A stretch of DNA of 64,000 nucleotides from Psammoneis japonica (Eukaryota). Positions 14,438-25,725 of this stretch are shown piece after piece. A program made the translations under genes and the position numbers. The DNA is taken from positions 124,001-188,000 of the forward strand of contig QPGO01000151.1 in NCBI GenBank assembly GCA_008632985.1, written 5' to 3'. The notes beneath the pieces were generated by a model, which saw only the letters and a program-made list of their open reading frames with translations, did not search any database and was not told the DNA's origin. Numbering within the stretch: position 1 is the stretch's first letter; every line of letters begins with the position of its first letter.

Positions 14438-15655
14438 ATGAGCAATCGCGAGAGTCTTGAAGAACCGTGCATTTTGCATGCTGTGAAATTTGCTCATTCG
14501 GATTTGGAACTTGTAAAATTGACTCAATCGCATGATGATGGTAGCACGCGTACGAAGAAGTGCCCTTGTTTTGACGGAACTAATGGCATTGAAGCGTTGT
14601 TGTTCGTGGAAGATCGTTTTCGTAAACTGGCTGCAAAACTTGAGTTCACTGCAGGCGAAGAACTGTTTGACAATTTCGAGGAAGTGTTGACAGATGCCGC
14701 TGAAGATAAATGGTCCAATCTCACCGTGGCCATTCCGAATGCACAGAAGACGGTGGCTCGTTTTGACCAAGAATTGGCTCGTTTTTATTTGTCACATTGT
14801 GAAACTGAAGCGCGTGACACGATGATTGAATGCTTGCTCTCTCTTAAAAAACCACATGATGTTGAAGCACAGGCACATGCGGATCGAATGGAGACCTCAG
14901 TGCGATGCACGAACAAGTTGCCGGGAAATGATCCAGTTGTCACTCAGAACCAAAAGAAGAAGATGATCTTCAACAGCTTCCCTTTGTCGTGGCGCGAGAT
15001 GCATGCAAGAGCAGGACGAACGATTGGAAATGACACGTTGGCGGAAATTGCAATGCACATGAGCACGGATAAATCATTTGCAGATGGAAACAAGAAGACT
15101 TCGAAGAAGCGCAAAGACGGACAGTCAAAAGGTGGCGGCTCCACCAAGAAGAAAGGCAATTGCATTGACCCAGAATCTCAATGTCCTTTGCATGCTCACA
15201 ATCACAAGTGGAAAGATTGCGTCATGAATCCCGACTCTAACAACCACCGTCCAAGAACTGATCGCGGAGGTCGCGGATGTGGTGGCCGTGGCTGTCGAGG
15301 TGGCGGTCGAGGTGGAGGTCGTGGTTGTGGCGGAGCGCAAGGTCGTGGTTGGCAAGGCCGTGGCCATCAAGGTTGTGGTGGTGGCCAAGGAAACTACGGT
15401 GGTCGCGGAAACCATGACTCTGGTGGCAACAGCAGCGAGCATCATGATGATGGTGGCTCTTACATGCAACATCAAAACGACACCCGAACCAATGCAGATG
15501 GCGGCGGTTGCGGCAATCCGGCCAGAACGGCTCCTCCCAATGATTGGTCTGCTGAAAGCCATCATCTTGATTCGACAGGAGGGCCTCGAGAGCATCGAGG
15601 TGGAACGGGAAGTTTTCGACCTGGTGGTCGCTTCTCGGGACGCGGTCGACACTGA
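14438..15655 (+). pseudogene. gag: Gypsy gag-like ORF with C-terminal RGG-rich region, TpA-mutated
   Basis: Lies after the 5' LTR. Has a CPLH..H.W..C knuckle-like motif and GRGCGGRGC repeats (probably from GRGY). Confidence 0.8.
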
Positions 15656-15924
15656 CCCAATGAGCTTGAAGAGCTGTCGTCCGAGTGTGTCGCTCCTGAT
15701 TTTTACATGTTTGATGATTGTGCTGATTGTGTTGATGATTGTTGTGCACATGCTGCTGATTTATTTGATGATGATGATTTTGGAAATTGTGCTGTGAATG
15801 ACGAAGACGATGTGGGACTTGAGTGCACTGCACCAACCCCAAAAACAAACCAATTGAACCATTGAATGTGGTCCCAACAACCTCATTCGCGGCGTGATTC
15901 ATTCAAGATAAGGAAAGCAAGCGC

Positions 15925-18900
15925 GTGATGCGGGCATTGCTTGATTCCGGTGGAACCCATTCAATGATTCATGCTCGGGTGTTGCCGGTTGGAGCGGTTC
16001 CAGCATTGGAAGAGACAGGACCGATTCGTGCGAAGTTTGGGACAATGGCAGGAGAATTCGAATCAACTCGTTGTGTTCGATTGCAGGACTTGGTGCTCCC
16101 TGAATTCGACAAGACCAAACATGTTGATGGCATGCATGCGCATGTGTTTGACTCACCCTGCCAGTGTGATGTGATCCTTGGACAGGACTTCTTGGCGAGA
16201 GCGGGTGTCACATTGGATTTCGAACATGGAATTGTCAAGTGGCTCGGTTCAAGCATTGCAATGAAGCCGAAGAATCAGCGGACTGGCATCCAGCAATGGC
16301 TCGATGATTTAACTGATGAACTGGCCAATGATGATGACGTGTGGGACAGTCACATCCTCAATGCAAAGCATGAGGAGACGTCCCCGTCTGAAGTGGCTTC
16401 AGCTCAGAAGCATCTCACTGCCGAACAGCAAGAGAAATTGCGTCTCGTGTTGGAGAAACACACTGCTCTTTTTGATGGCACCCTTGGCAAGCACACTGGC
16501 GAAAAAGTTCACCTTGACATTGACCCTGACGCCGTTCCGTGCCATTCTCGAGCGCGTGCAGTGCCGCACAATGATCTCGAGACTTTTGAGCGAGAATTAG
16601 ATCACTCAGTGGCTCTTGGCGTTCTTGAAGAAGCCGGAACTTCGGAATGGGCTGCAGGTGCCTTTATTCGGCCGAACAAAGATGGTCGAGTGCGGTGGCT
16701 CAGCGATTTTCGGGAACTCAACAAAGCCCTCAAGCGCAAGGTTTGTCCCTTGCCGATCATTCAAGATGTGTTGCAAAAGAGAGCCAGGTGCAAATTTCTT
16801 ACAAAGTTGGATCTCTCAATGATGCATCATGCGTTTGAACTGGACGACAATTCCAAAGATCTGACGACAATCGTGACACCCTTTGGAAAGCATCGATGCT
16901 GCCGTCCAGCAATGGGTTTGAAGCCGGCTCCAGATGTTGCGCAATGCTTGATTGAGAAAACTGCACATGACTTGGACGTTGACGCACACATTGATGATCT
17001 CGCTCAATTTGATGACAATTTTGACACTCACCTTGCTCGTCTCAACAAACTCCTGCAACGTTTGGAAGAAGCTGGATTTAAAGTGAACCCTTTGAAATGT
17101 GAATGGTGTGTGCAGGAAACGGATTTCCTTGGGCATTGGCTAACTCTGACTGGAATTCGTCCGTGGAAGAAGAAAGTGGAAGCCATTCTGCGAATGCAAC
17201 CTCCGGAAAATGTCAAGCAGCTTTGTTCGTTTCTTGGTGCTGTGACATGCTGTCGCAACATGTGGCCTCGGTGTTCTCACTTGTTGAAACCTTTGACAGA
17301 TCTCACAGGCAAAGGCTCGTGGACGTGGACAGCAGATTGTCAGGCAGTGTTCGAAGAGATGAAAGCAGCACTAGCGGCCGAGACGTTGATGGCGCACCCG
17401 CATCACAACAAACCCTTCCACATCTGTGCCGATGCCAGTGATCACCAAATGGGCGCAGTGATTGTACAAGATGGAAAACCTGTTGCACATTGGTCTCAAA
17501 AGCTGAGCGCGGCGCAACAAAACTGCTCGACGATCGAAAAAGATTTCTTGGCCATTGTCATGTGCTTCCGCGAATTCCAAACAATGCTCCTTGGCGGCGA
17601 CTTGCATGCATTCACCGACCACAAGAACCTTGCCTTTCGCACCTTAAGTTCACAACGTGTGCTCCATTGGCGCCTCTTTCTGGAAGACTTTGCCCCTCAA
17701 TTCCATTGTGTCGAAGGCCGCTTGAATGTCTTGGCTGATTGTTTTTCTCGTTTACCTCGCATGGATCCTCCCTCTGAAGGGAAGAGTTTGGCTCTGGGTG
17801 AAGGAACTGTTGTTGATTTTGCTCCGCTCGATTCGAAGTTGGTGCCGAGTGAGGAACCATCCGAAGTCGAGGATTTCCGCGATGAGGACTTGGAGCTCAG
17901 CGCATGCCGATTCAAGTGTTGTCGCAACATTGAAAATGAAGGCCACTCACACTTCTTCTCTTTCTTCGTTGATGAGCCGGAGCTGTTTGATTCCTTTTTG
18001 AATTGCCCCATGATGCAGGAGATGCAAAATCCAATGACGTTACAACGGATTCAAGAGCACCAGTTCGAGGACCAACAATTGAACCAGATGCGCATTGCTC
18101 ACCCTGATCGTTTCCTTGTGGAACATGTGAACAATCGACCGCTTGTGTGTCATCGTGTGCGACCAAATGATCCTCCAGGACAGTGGAAAATCTGTTTGCC
18201 GACTGCGCTTGTGCCCGACATCTTACGGTGGCATCATCTCGTTCTTGGCCATGCCGGAAGCCAGCGCATGCGTGAAACAATCCAGGCTCATTGTCATCAC
18301 CCTGGGTTGCATTACATGTGTGATGAATGTTCTTGTGCTGATTGCCAACGTGACAAAACTTTGGGTCCTGGCTGTGGAGAACTGCCCAAACGAGAAGATC
18401 AATTGACTCCCTGGTCGGAAGTGGCGGTTGACCTCATTGGCCCGTGGAAAATCAAAGTGCCGAATGGAGAGATTGAGTTTCGCGCGTTGACCTGCATTGA
18501 TCCTGTCTCTGATCTTGTTGAACTGGTGAGGATTGAGAACAAAACTGCTCGACATGTTGCCAACCAATTCGAAAACTGCTGGCTTGCACGCTGTCCCAGA
18601 CCGAATCGATGCATCCACGACAACGGCGGCGAGTTCACCGGGTGTGAGTTTCAGATGCCATTGCAGCGAGCCGGAATTGATGATGCACCGACCACTTTGT
18701 ACAACCCTCAAGCCAACACCATTTGTGAACAAATGCACCAGACTGTCGGCAATGTGTTGCGCATGCTCATTGCTTCTGATCCACCTCAAAACCTTCAGGA
18801 TGCAGCTGGCCTCGTGGACGATGCTTTGGCAACTGCAATGCATGCAACCCGTTGTGCTGTTTCCCGTTCCTTGCAGATTTCACCAGGTGCTGTGGTGTTT

Positions 18901-19362
18901 GGATGTGACATGATCTTGGACATCCCAGCACTGGCGGATTTGTTGACGATTCAAGGCCATCGCCAGATGCTGATCAACGACAACTTGCGAAAAGCCAATG
19001 CAAAGAGAAGATCCTGCGATTGTCAAGTGGGCGATCAAGTTCTAATCAAGCACATTGAGCCATCCAGACTCAAGCCTCGTGCTCATGGTCCTTGTCCTGT
19101 TGTTCAAGTGCATGTAAATGGCACACTCTCGGTTCGTCGAGCTCCTCATGTGGTTGAGCGCCTCAACATTCGGCGCCTGATTCCTTTTTCGCGGTTGATC
19201 AGGGGGTTTTCTTCCCAACACCTGGGTTTCCTCCTGTTGTTGTCTTTGCTTTTGGTTTTTGGTCCTTGGTTTTTGGCCCTTTGCATGATCCTCCAGTTCT
19301 TTCGGATCATGGAAGGGAAGAGTGCAGCAACTCACTCGCACGCTTCTGACACACAGCATTGA
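15925..19362 (+). pseudogene. pol: Gypsy pol (protease, RT, RNase H, integrase); frame open but conserved Tyr residues destroyed
   Basis: ALLDSG protease; DFRELNK; RT HIDD in place of YIDD; RH ICADASDHQMG; integrase VDLIGPW and IHDNGGEF. Only 2 Tyr in 1145 aa. The true C-terminus probably lies near 19190. Confidence 0.92.
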
Positions 19363-19475
19363 TTTTGGACATTGGATCAACGCAGCCGTTTGAGAGAGGC
19401 TCGCCAGCGTTCGCCAACGCTTGGGCTCCCCTCTCTTCGGTCTACTCACTTCTTTGTTTTGACATCAGTTTTCAG

Positions 19476-19753
19476 TGACAGGATTTGAACAGGATTTGGG
19501 TGCGTGCGAAGCATCGCGCGCTGTTTAGTTTGCCGCGCACAGTTTTTGTGTGCTTTAGTTCCGCGTGTTCACGCGCGATGTAGTTTGCTTTCGAGCCACA
19601 AGGCTCACAAGAATGACAACAGTGGCCCGATTGTGCCGACTTACACGTCTTTCGGCTCCTGCAACGGTCTCTGAGCGGAGACTTGTCTGCCATTTAGACA
19701 GCAGTGAGGAGTTGTTGTTTTGAATTCTTGCCATTTGCCTTCAATTTCTGTCA
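19476..19753 (+). repeat. Copia 5' LTR
   Basis: Direct repeat of 27342-27618 with terminal inverted hexamers. Confidence 0.93.
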
Positions 19754-22700
19754 GATTGACAGTCTTGCTCATTGTCAACCCATTGAGCAACCGCCATCAT
19801 CGTCGTTGATTTACCAACGACGCCACCTCAATCCTGCGTGGACCTCCACGCACATTCTACATGCACCGGCAAGTCTGCGCGCATTCAATGCCAGGGCATC
19901 GGCAGGAGGTTAACGGTCAAGAACCCCACACATTCAAGGATCTTAGTCGCTGAAGACATGCGCACACACACATGTCTTCACGGCCAAGAACCTTTACCCA
20001 CTCTTCGGACTGCAGTTTTGCTGCCACTCTACAAGCACACCGAGTCCATTGCACCTGATCTACCCCGGACCACTGGTGCCCCACAGTTCTGCCAGGTCCA
20101 CGAGGACGACTGTGAGAGCAAGCAGCCGTGATTACAGCCTACGGTGGGGCGAGGGTGCTTTCCCGCGTTTGTTCATTCGTCCACAGCGCCTGACGCCTGT
20201 GTCAACTGGCCAGCCTGATTGGGAAATCCAACCGACATAAAATGAGAACGGTTCGGGGGTCTTGTCCACCTCTAGTCAGCTTACCTGCAGGGGTTTACAA
20301 CCCGCTACTCCGCTCATAAGCAACCCAAAGCGCCACCAGCTGCGGGTTCGGACGTGCCGGCACAACTCTACGGACCGGATGGGAAGTTTAGCACTTGACA
20401 ACGAACGGGACAGCAAAGCCCGGCGACTTCTGATTTTAAGATAGTTCAAGATTTCAAGTCAAGTCCATTTCAAGTCAAGTCTATTCTCACCCAAGTTTCG
20501 AGTCTACCTTCGCTTCCCAACCAGAATTGATTGTCCTGACACCACTTTTGTCTACCATGGTTCTCACTCGTCAGCAACAAACCGATGGTTTCGAGCACGT
20601 TGTTGGAACCGTGCTTGCCCAAGGTGCTGGGAGTCCTCTTCGTTTGGCTTTGGCCCAAGACGGCACGGACTCGCATCAGGAACTATTCACGTTCATGCCG
20701 TCCCAAATCGACTCGCTTGAGTGCGACAACGGCACCAATGTGATCCCTTTGCCCCGTGGTTATAAGAACATGTTAGCAGCACTGGTTGGTCTGTAAATTG
20801 TCAAAGCACACAAAGGTCTTGACGTTGCCAACGACTCCTCTTTGTTCACGCATGACGAGTTCCTTGCCTGCTGCCTCAGCCCCGACCACATGTCTTCTGT
20901 GTCCATCGGCAGCTCACCCCTTGCACCTCCGCATGTCACCAACCCGACCAAGGCACGCGACCCGGTGCGGGACTTCAAGCGAGGCATCAAGCGTGATCCC
21001 ACCGCTTTCACGGCTCTCAAATCCGACAAGCAGTGGCACACTTGGCACACCTCACTTGTGGCACAAGCCCGTGCCCAAGACGTCGAGTGCATTCTAGACT
21101 CGTCACACAAACCGACCAGCCCCGAAGACAAACTGCTCTTTGCTGAACAGCAAAAGTGCATGTTCGCCGTCTTCGAACGCATCCTTCTCACCGACAAGGG
21201 CAAGGCTCTCATTCGCGAAAATGTGGGGTCTTCTGACGCACAGACCGTCTGCCGCGCCTTGTCTGAGTGCGCGCTTGCCTCCACCCGCGCATCTGTCGAG
21301 TCCTCCACCCTGCTCACGTGCCTCACCACCGCACGTCTTGGTGATGGCACTTAGAAAGGTCCGACCCACGGGTTCATCCTTCATTGGCAAGATCAGTTGC
21401 GCAAGTGCGAGGCACTCATCCCGGCCAGTGACCACTTCTCTGAAGGACAGAAGCGCGTCATGCTCGAGAATGCCGTGCACCCTGTCAAGGAACTCCGTGC
21501 TGTCAAGAACCAAGCTGATCAGCATCGTACGCAGAGTGGCAAGAGCCTCACATGCGATCAATGCTGTGGCTTGCTCCTCTCCGCGGCAGCTCAGCACGAC
21601 AGCACGTTTCAACCCAAGACGACACCTCGAGCTCCCCGACGCGCCACACACGCACACGACGTCTGCTCCGAGGAACCGTCCGACGATGTGTTCTACGACA
21701 TTGACAGCGACATTGACGTCCTTCAGGCCAATGCTGCCTGCACCCGCGGTCCCAGCCTCACCGGTGACCAGTGGAGACATCTCCCTCCCGACCACCAATG
21801 GCTCTGGGATTCGTTGCCCGATTCCTCCAAGGCGATCATCCTTGAGCATTCTCGTCCGCCTCCCTGCAACCCGCGAGCCAGCAACTGCCATGAGTCTGTT
21901 ACGGCCAACCTTCACGACCAACGCCTTGGGAGTGACGGTGATGTCAACTTGTCCAACACGACTCCTGCTGACTCTGGTGACTCCGCTCCACATGTGGACG
22001 CCACTTCGGACAATCCCATCCTGGCGCACCTCACCAAGCGCAAGCCACTGCCACCCGGTGATCTGCAACGTCTGTTGTCTCCTAACCAAGCCCCCAATGC
22101 CAGTCGACCGGGGCCATCCACCGCTTCCTCCACCCCGCCAGCTTCTGCAGATGCCACAGAACTTAACGGCCGCACTTGCCGCCGTGTTGACAACCACAAT
22201 GTCATTTGCTCTGCCTCTGCTCATCGCTCCACACGCACTGGCACTCTAGTCAATCGTGGGGCCAACGGCGGCATTGCTGGCGACGACTTTCGCGTCATTG
22301 CACACACCTCTCGCCAAGTCGACGTTCAGGGCATTGACGATCATCAATTGGTGGACATCCCCATTGTCACCGCTGGTGCCGTCATTGAGACCCAGCGTGG
22401 TCCCGTCATCGCCATCCTCCATCAGTGCGCATGCACGGGCAAGGGCAAGACCATCCATTCCTGCAGCCAGCTCGAATGGCACAAACAGGATGTCAACGAT
22501 CGCTCTGTCAAGGTGCCCAACGGCTTGCAACGCATTGCCACTCCTGATGGCCATGTCATCCCCATTGACATCAAGGCTGGCCTGCCTCATGTTGCCATGC
22601 GACCTTACACTGATGCCGAATGGGACACCCTGCCCCATGTCATCCTCACCGGTGATGAAACATGGGACCCTTTTGTCCTCGATCACTCTGTCACTGACGA

Positions 22701-25142
22701 CGACCAGTGGCACGACGCGATCTCTGACCTGCAGGACGATCCCACTGCCAACCCATTTGACGAATGCGGCAACTGCCGTCATCGTGTCGTTGTCAACGAG
22801 ACCATCATGTCCGCTTCCTTGTCTGCCGATCACGCGTCCGCCCTCGATGATCACCTCACTCCGAACGACGACGTGTTCTACGAGTGTCATCTGCATGCGA
22901 TTGACCCCAAGGGCGATGACGTTCCACCTCCGGAGCGCACTGTGCAGCCCAAGGACCCCCCCTTCGAGTCTCTTCGGCCTTGCTTTGGCTTCCTGCCTGC
23001 CGATGCGGTCCGTCATGCTTTTGACTGCACCACGCAGTGCGCCCGCATGCCCGCCGGCACACACCTTCGCAAGGCCTGCAAATCACCCAACCCCGCCCTT
23101 AATGTGCACCGCCGCAACGAGCCCATCGCCACTGACACCGTTTGTGCCGACACCCCGGCCGTCGACTCTGGTTGCACCAGCGCCCAACTGTTTGTTGGCA
23201 CCGAGTCTACCGTCACTGACGTCTGCGGCACTGAGACGGACAAAGAGTTTGTCAACACACTCGAGGATCAGATCCGTGAACGTGGTGCCCCATCCAAACT
23301 CATTGGCGACCGTGCTCAAGTTGAGATCAGCAACAAAGTGCTCGGGATCCTGCGCGCCCTCTTCATCTCCAGCTGGCAAAGTGAGCCTCACCAGCAACAC
23401 CAAAACTTTGCCGAGCATCGACACCAGACCGTGAAGCACATGGCGAACACTGTCATGGATCGTTTTGGTTCGCCCGCCCACACATGGCTGCTGGCGCTCA
23501 TGTGCATGTGCTTCACACTCAACCATGCAGCATCCCCACGTCTCCACTGGCGCACGCCCCTCGAGACTCTCACTGGCTCCACCCCGGACATCAGCCCATT
23601 GCTTCGCTTTCACTGGTGGGAACCCGCGCACTTCCACCTCGATGACTCCGATTGGCCACCCGAATCCCGTGAGTTGCGTGGACGCTTCGTTGGCATTGCT
23701 GAGCACGTCGGCCACCAGATGACCTTCAAGATTCCATCTGACGAGACTCAGAAGATCCTCTGCCGGTCCAACGTCCGCTCCGCTGCCCCCGATCCTGCCG
23801 TTCGAAACCTGTGTCTTGATCCTCCTGATGGGGAGCCACCTGAACCCATCATCAAATCTCGCCATGACGACAACCCCGTCGATTCTCCTGATGGGGAGAT
23901 CAGGACACCCAAGATGCCAGTTTTCGATCCGCAAGACATCATTGGACGCACCTTCCTCATGCAGCCACAAGAGGACGGACAACGCCACAGAGCTCGCATC
24001 GTCAAGGCCATCGAAGACCACGAATGGAAAGTGAACGGCAATCCCGAGCTCACTGGGTTCGTCTGCTCTGTCAACAATGACGAATGCGAGGAAGTCCTTG
24101 CCCACAATGACGTCATGAATCACATTGAGCAAGAAGACGAAGACACCACTGTTTGGAAATTTCGATGCATCGTGTCACACGAAGGACCTCTGAAGCCTCA
24201 CGACCCAACCTGGAAAGGCTCCAGCTACAACATCATGCTTGAATGGGAAAGTGGGGAGGTCACGTCCGAGCCTCTTGCCATCATCGCCAAGGACGACCCC
24301 GTCACCTGTGCCATCTGTGCACAAGAGAACGGACTCCTCGACACGGATGGCTGGAAGCGGTTCCGCACCATCACGAGGCGCCAAAAGAAGCCATTTCGCA
24401 TGGCCAACCAAGCCAAGCTTCGCTCCTTCCGCACTGCACCTCGCTGCAAGTGCGGGTGCGAAGTTCCCCGGAACTGCAAACACGCCATGTCACTGGACGA
24501 ACGCAACGGCAACCACAAGTGGGGAGATGCAACTAATCTCGAGATGGACCAACTCGACGAATGCGAAGTCTTCTATGACTGCGGGCCCTTCAACTCTTCC
24601 ACTCCTCCTGCGGGACACAAGAAGATCCGAGTGCACCTGGTGTGCGACGTGAAACACGACGGTCGCCACAAGGCACGACTCGCAGCCGACGGGCACCTCA
24701 CGGACGCACCTGTCGACAGTGTCTGCTCCGGAGCAGTCTCCCTCCGTGGCCTTCGGCTGATGATTTTCCTGGCCGAACTCAACGAGTTGGAGACATGGGC
24801 CACCGACATTGGCAATGCCTGCCTTGAAGCCACCACCAAGGAGAAGCTTTGCATTGCAGCTGGACCCGAATTTGGCAAACTCGAAGGACACATCCTTGTC
24901 ATCCACAAGGCACTGTGTGGACTGCGCAGCTCCGGTCTCCGCTGGCACAAGCGCTTCGCCGACTGCCTGCGAGCTGAAGGCTTCTTCCCCTGCCGCGCCG
25001 AACCCGACATTTGGGTGCGCAGGAACGGCGACCACTGTGAACGCATTGCCGTTTATGTGGATGACCTCGCCATTGCCATGAAGGACCCTCAATCTTTGGT
25101 CGACACTCTCACGGAAAAGTGCAAGTTCAAGCTCAAGGGTGC

Positions 25143-25725
25143 CTGGGTTCAAATCATCAACGGTCCTCGCACCATGACAGGATTTAAACAAGATTGACCA
25201 ACTCGATTAAATCCGACCCATCAACCTGAAAAATTGCGATACCCAGGAATCGAACCTAGGTCCTCTTACAACCGGTTACCGACTAAACCATTTGCCGCTT
25301 TCTTCAAACTGACAGGCTTTTTGTACACAGTCACACATGTTTCAGCCAGAGAGTGACACACACCTTTAATTCTTCTTAGAATTCTGTCACTCCCCACAGG
25401 TCACGAAGCTGTCTGACGTCACGAAGCTGTCTGACATCACGAAGCTGTCTGACGTTCCTTTCTTTGGACAATGATGCTTCTCACAGCTCCCCTTCTACCT
25501 GGGCCACATTTTTCTGCACACGCCATGACCTCCCCGGCGAGCTGACAATTGGGCGGCCATTCCGGCCTCGGCATCCCTAATGAGAGCACTGTGTGCATCG
25601 TCGGTCTGTCTCACTGCAGCTTCTCCTCAGTTTTAGAGTCATCTTGAAGGAGCACACACACCTGGGTTCAAATCATCAACAGCCCTCGCACCATGACAGG
25701 ATTTAAACAAGATTGACCAACTCGA
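25143..25725 (-). mobile_element. TRIM-like non-autonomous LTR element fragment (LTR end - PBS - ~300 bp interior - PPT - full LTR - PBS)
   Basis: On the minus strand: GGGGAG PPT (25395-25390), 215 bp LTR 25389-25175 with TGACAG...CTGTCA ends, and PBS TGGTGCGAGG after both LTR ends (from 25174 and 25693). The interior is non-coding with a 3x18 bp tandem repeat at 25401-25454. Confidence 0.75.
25235..25298 (-). ncRNA. tRNA-derived Pol III-type cassette lacking a normal anticodon arm, inside the TRIM LTR
   Basis: Minus strand reads GCGGCAAATGGTTTAGTCGGTAACCGGTTGTAAGAGGACCTAGGTTCGATTCCTGGGTATCGCA followed by ATTTTT. It has an A-box-like TGGTTTAGTCGG, a B-box GGTTCGATTCC in a T-stem, a partial acceptor stem and an oligo-T terminator. 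Confidence 0.65.

Noticed and set aside
15925..19362. Alternative genetic code or active Gypsy element
   Set aside because: Host genes use Tyr normally, and duplicated copies differ Cys versus His versus Tyr at the same site, which indicates mutation. The RT YxDD motif is altered.
25235..25298. Functional tRNA gene
   Set aside because: The anticodon arm is missing and the acceptor stem is imperfect.
25401..25454. 3 x 18 bp repeat as an array
   Set aside because: Simple tandem repeat without spacers.
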